Shown here in pieces: positions 16,011 to 24,000 of a stretch of 24,000 bases of DNA. A program made the position numbers and the translations under genes. The first letter of the stretch is position 1; every line of letters starts with the position of its first letter. Location of the stretch: the NCBI RefSeq assembly GCF_947499845.1, contig NZ_CANMPM010000007.1:132628-156627 (forward strand), read 5' to 3'. Below the pieces are notes generated by a model that did not search any database, was not told the DNA's origin, and saw only the letters and a list, made by a program, of their open reading frames with translations. This stretch comes from an uncultured Pseudokineococcus sp. (GTDB lineage: Bacteria > Actinomycetota > Actinomycetes > Actinomycetales > Quadrisphaeraceae).

Positions 16011-17204
16011 TCAGGCGTCGGGCAGGTCCTGCGCCCGCAGCACGAAGCGGTCCAGCGGCGTCGGCGGGTCGTCCGGCTCCCCGCCCCCGGCGAGGTCCCA
16101 GCCGGCCGGGGCGAAGCCGGCGCGCAGCGCGACGGCGCGGCTCGCGGCGTTGCCCGGCTCGGCGCGCACGAGCACGGCCGGCAGGCCGAGCCCGCCCACC
16201 TCCGCGGGCAGCAGCGCGTGGCGCGCGACGGCCCGCACGCCCGTCGTCACGACGCCGCGCCCGCGCGCGTCGGGGTGCGCCCAGTAGCCGATCTCCGCCG
16301 GGCGGCCGCCCTGGCCCAGGGCGAAGAGGGTCACGGACGCCAGGCACCGGTCGTCGCGGGCGTCGGCGGCGCACCAGGCCACGGCGTGCGCCTCGGCCGC
16401 GTCCCGCCGCATCCCCTCGACGAAGTCCCGCGCGTCCTGCAGCTCGTAGCGCTCCGGCAGCCGCGGCAGCCAGCGCCGCGTGACGGGGTCGGTGCAGGCC
16501 TCGACGACGCGGCCCGCGTCCTCGTCGCGCCACGGCCGCAGGACGACGTCGCCGAGGTCGACGCGCGGGACGTCGAGCCACGGGGTGGCCGGCGCGGTCG
16601 GGTCGCCCGCCACCCAGGTGCCGACCCAGCAGTCGCGCAGCTCGCCGCGCGCCTTCATCAGCAGGGACGGAGCCTCGGCCCGCCGGATGGTCCCCTCGAC
16701 GCGGAAGCCCGCGGCCCAGGCGGCCCGGCGGCTCGGCCAGTTCCCGGCGTGGGCGCTCCACCGGACGGCGGCGGCCCCGTGCTCGGCCGCCCACGGCAGG
16801 AGCACCCGCAGCGCCGCCGAGACGGCACCGCGGCCGCGGTGCCGGGCGTCGAGGCCGTAGCCGACGGACAGCACGCCGTCGGTGCCCGTCCGGCGCAGCG
16901 CCACGTTCCCCGCGTGCTCGCCGTCCACGTCCAGCGCCCACGTCATCGCCTCGCCCGTGGCCCAGCCCGCCGGCACGACGTCGCGGACGAAGCCCTCGGC
17001 GTCCTCGCGCCCGTAGGGCACCGGCACGGTGGTCCAGCGGGCGAACTCCGCCTCGGACGCCATCGCCAGCACGGCCTCGACGTCGTCCTCCCGGTAGGCG
17101 CGCAGCCGCACGCCCCCGCCGGCCTCGAGGTCGGGCGCCGCGGTCGGGAGGGCGGCGGCCACCGGGCGCGGCGCGACGGCGTCGATCGGTGCGGCTGACG
17201 TCAT
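16011..17204 (-). CDS. Two-domain (tandem) GNAT-family N-acetyltransferase, RimJ/RimL-like
   Basis: There are two successive acetyltransferase domains. Each has an acetyl-CoA motif (RHRGRGAVSAAL and DARGRGVVTTGV) and a C-terminal N-x-x-S-x-x-(A/V) block (GNWPSRRAAWAAGF and GNAASRAVALRAGF). I chose the ATG at 17204; the longer ORF from 17306 adds an Arg-rich leader that overlaps the divergent gene. Confidence 0.8.
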   Translation of the reverse strand: MTSAAPIDAVAPRPVAAALPTAAPDLEAGGGVRLRAYREDDVEAVLAMASEAEFARWTTVPVPYGREDAEGFVRDVVPAGWATGEAMTWALDVDGEHAGNVALRRTGTDGVLSVGYGLDARHRGRGAVSAALRVLLPWAAEHGAAAVRWSAHAGNWPSRRAAWAAGFRVEGTIRRAEAPSLLMKARGELRDCWVGTWVAGDPTAPATPWLDVPRVDLGDVVLRPWRDEDAGRVVEACTDPVTRRWLPRLPERYELQDARDFVEGMRRDAAEAHAVAWCAADARDDRCLASVTLFALGQGGRPAEIGYWAHPDARGRGVVTTGVRAVARHALLPAEVGGLGLPAVLVRAEPGNAASRAVALRAGFAPAGWDLAGGGEPDDPPTPLDRFVLRAQDLPDA

Positions 17205-17304
17205 GGGCCGACCCTGCCGCCGTCGACGGCCCCGGGCAACGACGTTCCTCCCGACGCTCCGCCTCCCGCGGGCGGGGGCGGGCGCGCCGCGGCACGCTGG
17301 CCGC

Positions 17305-17592
17305 ATGGCGGACGAGACGACGACGGTGGAGCGGCGCGGGGACGGCTACGTCCTGCTGGAGGAGGGGCGCGAGCTCGTGCAGCTCGTGGGCCGGCCGGTG
17401 GATGACGGCGTCGTCGCGCTGGTGAGCACGGGAACGGACCCGGACCGGCAGGGCGAGGGCCTCGCGGGGCGGCTCGTCGGCGCCGCGATGGACGACCTGC
17501 GGCAGCGCGGCCTGCGCGTGCGCCCCGACTGCCCCTACGTGGCCGCGTGGCTGGAGCGGCACCCCGACCAGCAGGACCTCGTCGCGGGCTGA
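17305..17592 (+). CDS. Small single-domain GNAT-like N-acetyltransferase (YjdJ / Acetyltransf_CG-like)
   Basis: A 95-aa product from the ATG at 17305. It has RQGEGLAGRLVGAAMDDLRQRGLRVRPDCPYVAAWLERHP, that is a Q/RxxGxG/A CoA motif plus the C-P-(F/Y)-V tail typical of the short GNAT family. It is divergent from the tandem GNAT gene across a 100-bp spacer. Confidence 0.7.
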   Translation: MADETTTVERRGDGYVLLEEGRELVQLVGRPVDDGVVALVSTGTDPDRQGEGLAGRLVGAAMDDLRQRGLRVRPDCPYVAAWLERHPDQQDLVAG

Positions 17593-17738
17593 GGCGCGTC
17601 CGACCCGGGGCTGGCCCGACGCGGCGCGACGGCCGGTGACCGCCGCGTGCGTAGCATGACGGCCGACCTGACCAGCGCCGCGGGAGCCCTCCGGGGGAGC
17701 CCGTGCGCGCGGACGACGAGGGAGTTCGCGACGTGGGG

Positions 17739-20480
<2,742 letters not shown>

Positions 20481-20500
20481 GCACCCGCCGCACGGGCGGC

Positions 20501-20538
20501 GACGACGGCCGGGTCCCTTCGGGGACCCGGCCGTCGTC
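20501..20538. terminator. Perfect 17-bp stem / TTCG tetraloop hairpin after secA (probable terminator, possibly bidirectional)
   Basis: GACGACGGCCGGGTCCC-TTCG-GGGACCCGGCCGTCGTC, starting 20 nt after the secA stop. One more C-G pair is possible at 20500/20539. There is no U-tract, as is common in high-GC actinobacteria. Confidence 0.65.
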
Positions 20539-20545
20539 GTGCGTG

Positions 20546-20577
20546 CGACCCCGGCTCCGAGGAGAGCCGGAGGGTCG
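20546..20577. terminator. Second, imperfect hairpin next to the 3' end of the convergent minus-strand gene
   Basis: CGACCCCGGCTC (20546-20557) pairs with GAGCCGG-AG-GGTCG (20564-20577), loop CGAGGA, 2-nt bulge. On the minus strand it lies 5 nt downstream of the stop at 20582-20584. Confidence 0.35.
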
Positions 20578-20581
20578 CCGG

Positions 20582-21301
20582 TCACCCCACCTCGACGGCG
20601 GTCGCCCGCCACCGGCGGTCCCAGCCCTCCAGCCGGAGGGCGACCGCACGGACCCGGTCGCCGTCGACGACGACCGCCGAGGCCTCGACGACCCCCTCCG
20701 CGGGGCGGCACACCCGGACGCGACGGACGACGGCGGGCCGGCCGGACCGCGCCGGGCCGGGCGCCCCCGGGCGCGGGCGGCGCAGCCGGGCGGCCAGGGC
20801 CGCCCGCCGCACGAGCCCCTCGTGCACCTCGAGGGTGGTCCAGCGGACGAGCTGGGCCGCCGGGCGGTGCCCGGACAGCACCTCGACGACGGCGCCCGCG
20901 AGGGCGGCGCACGTCGGCCCGGGGTCGCTCAGCTCGTCGTCCGCGCTGGGACGCGGCGCCACGAGCGGGTCGACGTCGGGCGCGGCGCCGGCGCAGCGGC
21001 GGGGAGGCGCGAGGACGAGCACCTGCTGGCCGGCGGGAGGGGCGGTGCACGCCCGGCGGGTGGCGAGGGCGTCGGGGCCCGTGCCGGGCAGCGGCTCCGG
21101 CTCGGTCCGCGGCGCGGGGGCGAGCCGCACGCGCGACGTCCCGGCCGCCTCGCCCGTCCGTGCGGCGGCGTCGTCGGCCGTCGACCGGGGCGCCTCGGCA
21201 GGGGAGTGACGCCGCCGGACGGACGACGTGCGGGGGCGCGGGGGCGTCGGCGGAGCGGGGACGCTCCTCGTCGCCGCGACGTCCACCGGCAGCGCGGTCA
21301 C
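20582..21301 (-). CDS. Rv3235-family protein (conserved actinobacterial, function unknown)
   Basis: The C-terminal about 130 aa, CAALAGAVVEVLSGHRPAAQLVRWTTLEVHEGLVRRAAL...VRRVRVCRPAEGVVEASAVVVDGDRVRAVALRLEGWDRRWRATAVEV, fits the family pattern I recall (VLxGxRPxxQLxRW ... EA.AVV ... RA.A.RLE ... W). The proposed GTG start (21301) overlaps the upstream gene's TGA as GTGA. The longer ORF to 22081 is a shadow frame of the LysM gene. Confidence 0.7.
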   Translation of the reverse strand: MTALPVDVAATRSVPAPPTPPRPRTSSVRRRHSPAEAPRSTADDAAARTGEAAGTSRVRLAPAPRTEPEPLPGTGPDALATRRACTAPPAGQQVLVLAPPRRCAGAAPDVDPLVAPRPSADDELSDPGPTCAALAGAVVEVLSGHRPAAQLVRWTTLEVHEGLVRRAALAARLRRPRPGAPGPARSGRPAVVRRVRVCRPAEGVVEASAVVVDGDRVRAVALRLEGWDRRWRATAVEVG

Positions 21302-22257
21302 CGGAGGCCGCCGGTCGTCGCCACGGGCGGCACGAGGCGCTGTCCCGGCAGGAGCCGGTCGGGGTCGTCGCCCACGACGGCGCGGTTCGCCGCGTACCAG
21401 GCGGGCCACGCGGCAGCCACCTCGGCGTCGTCGGCGCCGGGCGGCAGGTGCCGACGGGCGATGTCCCACAGCGTGTCCCCGCGCACGACGACGACGACGC
21501 CCGCCTCGTCCGCGGTGGCGGCCTCCCGCGGCGACGGCACGAGGAGGCCGCCGGACGCCTCGACGTGCGGGGCGACCGGGCGGGGCGGGGCGGTCGGCCT
21601 CCAGGTGACGTCGGGCGCGCCGTCCGTGCCGGCCGCCGTGGCGGGCGCCGCACCGGGCGCCGCCGCGGTCGTGCTGTCGAGCGTCGGCGTCGTCGCCGGC
21701 TCGGCGGCGACGGGCGGCGCCGCGACCGGAGCGGCGGCCAGGGGTGCTGCGGTGACGGGTGCTGCGGTGACGGGGGCGACGGCGGCGGGGGCGACGGCGG
21801 CGGGGGCGGCGCTCGCCGGACCCGCGGCGAGGAGCGGCCCCGCGCCGAGGGCCGCGACGAGCACGCCGCGGAGCACGGCCGGCAGGAGGCGGGTCGCGGC
21901 GCCGGCCACGGCGTCCGCAGCGCCGGCCCCGGGCGCGAGCCGCGCCGTCGCCACCGCGCCGGCCGCCAGGCCCCACGCCGTCGCCAGCGCGCCGGCCGCG
22001 CCGGTCGCGGCCGCGACGAGGAGGTCCTGAGCCGTGGTGGCGGGGGCGAGGGGCCACGGGACCTGCCCCGTCGCCGTCCACGACCCCGTGCCCGGACCCG
22101 CGACGGCGGCCGCCAGGGCTGCCACCCCCGCGACCGCGAGGGCCGCGGCGGCGAGCAGGACGAGCAGCGCCCGGCCGCGGCCGGACGGGGTGCGGCCGGA
22201 CGTCACGGGGGACGCCGGTCCCCGGGCGTCGTGGGGGTCGGGGCGGGTGGTGCTCAC
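21298..22257 (-). CDS. Membrane-anchored LysM-domain (peptidoglycan-binding) protein
   Basis: RBS GAGGAG is 6 nt upstream of the GTG at 22257. The N-terminal region has about 3 hydrophobic Ala/Leu/Val/Gly segments, followed by an Ala/Pro/Val-rich linker. The C-terminal LysM is VVVVRGDTLWDIARRHLPPGADDAEVAAAWPAWYAANRAVVGDDPDRLLPGQRLVPP. Confidence 0.75.
   Translation of the reverse strand: MSTTRPDPHDARGPASPVTSGRTPSGRGRALLVLLAAAALAVAGVAALAAAVAGPGTGSWTATGQVPWPLAPATTAQDLLVAAATGAAGALATAWGLAAGAVATARLAPGAGAADAVAGAATRLLPAVLRGVLVAALGAGPLLAAGPASAAPAAVAPAAVAPVTAAPVTAAPLAAAPVAAPPVAAEPATTPTLDSTTAAAPGAAPATAAGTDGAPDVTWRPTAPPRPVAPHVEASGGLLVPSPREAATADEAGVVVVVRGDTLWDIARRHLPPGADDAEVAAAWPAWYAANRAVVGDDPDRLLPGQRLVPPVATTGGLR
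21743..21802. repeat. Two adjacent perfect 15-bp tandem duplications within the LysM protein linker
   Basis: GGTGCTGCGGTGACG x2 (21743-21772), followed directly by GGGGCGACGGCGGCG x2 (21773-21802). On the minus strand they encode ...AAVAPAAVAPVTAAPVTAAP.... Confidence 0.75.
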
Positions 22258-22383
22258 GGCAGCTCCTCGAGGACGTCGTCGACCGGAGGGGCCGGCCGCT
22301 GGGCCGACCGGGTGGTGCGCGGGCGTCGGGCGAGCCCGCACCTCCGGCGTGGTGGGAGCAGTCCTACCCCGACCGACTCGACG

Positions 22384-22410
22384 TTGACCATCGTTTGGTG
22401 CTGTTTGGTG
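22384..22410 (+). promoter_or_regulatory. Candidate operator/promoter elements in the divergent intergenic region: TTGACC plus an 8-bp direct repeat with a 10-bp period
   Basis: TTGACC at 22384-22389. GTTTGGTG at 22393-22400 and again at 22403-22410. They lie in a locally lower-GC stretch (about 22380-22460) between the divergent starts at 22257 (-) and 22478 (+). I found no convincing TANNNT -10 element at proper spacing. Confidence 0.3.
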
Positions 22411-22477
22411 TAGACGACCACCCATCAGTGTGGCTCGGGTTCGTTCGATCGTCGGTGGCGCTCGCCGGTACGGTGCG

Positions 22478-23023
22478 GTGGTGCGCTGGCAGCGGCTGTT
22501 CGAGGACCTCGAGGCCCAGCTCGAGCAGGAGGCCGCGGCCGAGCTGCGCGCCGAGGTGGCCGACCGCACGCGGGCCGAGCAGGCGGACGTCTGGCTCGCC
22601 GACCGCCTGCGGGCCGCGGGTCCCCTGGAGGTCGCGCTGCACCTGCGCGACGGCGCCGTCGTGGCGGGACGCGTGGACGACGCGGCCCCGGAGTGGGTCG
22701 TCGTGGCGGAGGCCCGCGGTCAGGCCCTCGTCCCGCTGGCCTCGGTGGCGTCCGTCGCCGGCCTGCCGCGCCGTGTCGCCCCGCCGGCGGGCGCGGTGCT
22801 GCGGCGCACCTCCTTGCGCACCGCGCTGAGGGCGCTCGCCCGCGACCGCGCCGCCGTGCGCGTGGCGGTGGCGGGCGCCGAGCTCGCGGGGACGATCGAC
22901 CGGGTCGCGGGCGACCACGTCGACCTGGCCCTGCACGCCCCGGGGGAGCCGCGGCGGGCGGGGGCCGTCCTCGAGGTGCGGGCCGTCGCGATCGGGGCGC
23001 TGCTCGTGGTCCGCAGCGCCTGA
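22478..23023 (+). CDS. Conserved actinobacterial hypothetical protein
   Basis: Normal coding composition. Judged by composition and the usual N-terminus, the start is probably GTG 22478 or 22481 (V-RWQRLFEDLEAQLEQE...) rather than 22430. The N-terminal part looks like a coiled coil, followed by two similar beta-rich halves (...VVAGRVDDAAPEWVVV... and ...LAGTIDRVAGDHVDLAL...). I recognise no known domain. Confidence 0.6.
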   Translation: MVRWQRLFEDLEAQLEQEAAAELRAEVADRTRAEQADVWLADRLRAAGPLEVALHLRDGAVVAGRVDDAAPEWVVVAEARGQALVPLASVASVAGLPRRVAPPAGAVLRRTSLRTALRALARDRAAVRVAVAGAELAGTIDRVAGDHVDLALHAPGEPRRAGAVLEVRAVAIGALLVVRSA

Positions 23024-23077
23024 CGCCGAGCGCAGGGACAGCGCCCGGCGCGAGCCGACGGGGCGGCTCAGACCCGC

Positions 23078-23332
23078 TCAGCCGCGCTCGAGCCCCTCCG
23101 CGGCGGTGGCCTCGGCCGCCTCGTCCAGCCCGCCGCGCTCGACCAGGGCGCGCGTCTGGGAGTACATCCGCTGGATGTAGGACTCGAGCTCCGTGGTCTC
23201 GACCCGCCACTGGCCGCGGCCGCCCACCTTGATGGCCGGCAGGTCGCCGGAGCGCACGAGGGCGTAGGCCTGCGCCGAGGAGATGGAGAGTATCTCGGCG
23301 ACGTCCGCCAGCGGCAGGAATCGGGCGGGCAC
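23078..23332 (-). CDS. Small helix-turn-helix DNA-binding protein, excisionase (MerR-like) family
   Basis: RBS GAGGAGGA lies just upstream of the GTG at 23332. The 84-aa product contains FLPLADVAEILSISSAQAYALVRSGDLPAIKVGGRGQWRVETTELESYI, the typical excisionase-family HTH. The longer ORF to 23770 adds only an Arg/Pro/Ser-rich shadow-like sequence. Confidence 0.8.
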   Translation of the reverse strand: MPARFLPLADVAEILSISSAQAYALVRSGDLPAIKVGGRGQWRVETTELESYIQRMYSQTRALVERGGLDEAAEATAAEGLERG

Positions 23333-23585
23333 GCGTCCTCCTCGGGTCGGGCGGGGCGCCGGCGGGCTGCTCCGCGGCGGCCGGCGGGCCCCGGAGGGGG
23401 CGCCGCGGCCGGAGTCTGGCACGCGGTCGGAGGACCTTGCGGCTCGGTCGGGTGACCCTGTGGACGACGGGGCGGAGCGCGGCGTCGGCGCTGGCACGAT
23501 CGCCGCGTCGCGCTCGCCGGCCCGCCACGACGGCGCCCCGGTGGGCGGCCGCGGGGGCCGGGCGACGTGACGTGCAGGGGGACGG

Positions 23586-24000
23586 GTGGCGGCGGTCACG
23601 AGGGCGGAGGCCGGGGGCGCACCCGCCCGGAGGGTGGCGCTGCCGTCGTGGCGGGACCCGCGGCTGGTGGTCGGGGTCCTGCTCGTGCTGGCGGCCGTCG
23701 TCGCCGGCGCCCGGCTCGTCGCGTCGGCGGACCGCACCGTCCCGGTCTTCGCGGCGGCGGAGGCCCTCACCCCGGGCGAGCGCGTCGGGGCCGACCAGCT
23801 GCAGGTCGTGCGCCTGCGCCTCGACGGCGGAGGCGGGGCGGCGGCGTACCTGTCGGCCGCCCGCCCGCCGGACGGGGAGCTCGTGGCCCTGCGCGGCGTC
23901 GGCGCCGGTGAGCTGGTGCCCGCGGCGGCCCTCGGCGACCCCGGCGTGCTCGACGTGCGGCCCGTCGGCGTCCCCGTCGAGGGCGCGCTGCCCGCCGAGC
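23586..24000 (+). CDS. SAF-domain / CpaB-like membrane-anchored protein, 3'-truncated by the window edge
   Basis: The frame is open from the stop at 23568-23570 to the window end; it is absent from the ORF track because it has no stop. Candidate starts are GTG 23586 (after GGGGGA) or GTG 23634. The sequence SWRDPRLVVGVLLVLAAVVAGARLVASADRTVPVFAAAEALTPGERVGADQLQVVRLRL is an N-terminal TM anchor followed by a SAF-like beta-clip. Confidence 0.6.
   Translation, partial: MAAVTRAEAGGAPARRVALPSWRDPRLVVGVLLVLAAVVAGARLVASADRTVPVFAAAEALTPGERVGADQLQVVRLRLDGGGGAAAYLSAARPPDGELVALRGVGAGELVPAAALGDPGVLDVRPVGVPVEGALPAE

Noticed and set aside
16011-17204. Calling the two-domain GNAT protein mycothiol synthase MshD
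   Set aside because: MshD also has two GNAT domains but, as I recall, is considerably shorter (about 300 aa). The domains here look RimJ/RimL-like. I have no sequence evidence for MshD orthology.
17652-17657. TAGCAT hexamer upstream of secA as a -10 promoter element
   Set aside because: It matches TANNNT, but the only -35-like sequence (GGTGAC at 17635-17640) is spaced just 11 nt away. A single hexamer match is insufficient without TSS data.
22258-22430. c-di-AMP (ydaO-type) riboswitch upstream of the LysM-domain gene
   Set aside because: The context is suggestive, but reading the minus-strand leader I could not find the paired conserved ACGGGG/CCGA-type cores or the pseudo-twofold architecture. 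It needs an Infernal scan, so I did not call it as a feature.
23078-23332. Prophage or integrative-element excisionase (mobile element)
   Set aside because: The window has no integrase, recombinase, att-like direct repeats, tRNA target or compositional shift. The gene sits among conserved chromosomal genes next to a SAF-domain gene.

Overview
By eye this is a very high-GC chromosomal segment typical of Actinobacteria (Micrococcales- or Cellulomonas-like; I cannot name the species). It has two parts. (1) About 1-6640 is a cell-surface polysaccharide locus. It holds a 5'-truncated GT4 glycosyltransferase, two tandem paralogous exported proteins of a family I do not recognise, an acyltransferase-3 membrane protein, about 650 bp with no intact gene, and UDP-glucose 6-dehydrogenase. 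(2) 6827-24000 is the conserved actinobacterial core block mtrA-mtrB-lpqB-comF-hpf ... secA, the same order as M. tuberculosis Rv3246c-Rv3240c. Between hpf and secA lie an orphan NarL/LuxR response regulator, a YcaQ/AlkZ-family DNA glycosylase and two divergent GNAT acetyltransferase genes. After secA come a translationally coupled LysM-membrane-protein / Rv3235-family pair, a conserved hypothetical protein, a small excisionase-family HTH protein and the start of a SAF/CpaB-like gene. I found no tRNA, rRNA, CRISPR array, transposase or integrase. Most long ORFs in the six-frame track are Arg/Pro/Gly-rich shadow frames of the real genes. The best candidates for something undescribed are: the duplicated exported proteins in the polysaccharide locus (possible new glycan-acting family), a 41-bp intergenic minisatellite at 15859-16006, the uncharacterised LysM/Rv3235-like operon with an operator-like direct repeat in its divergent promoter, and the apparently decayed region 4613-5260. 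All functional calls rest on motifs recalled from memory; no database search was run.
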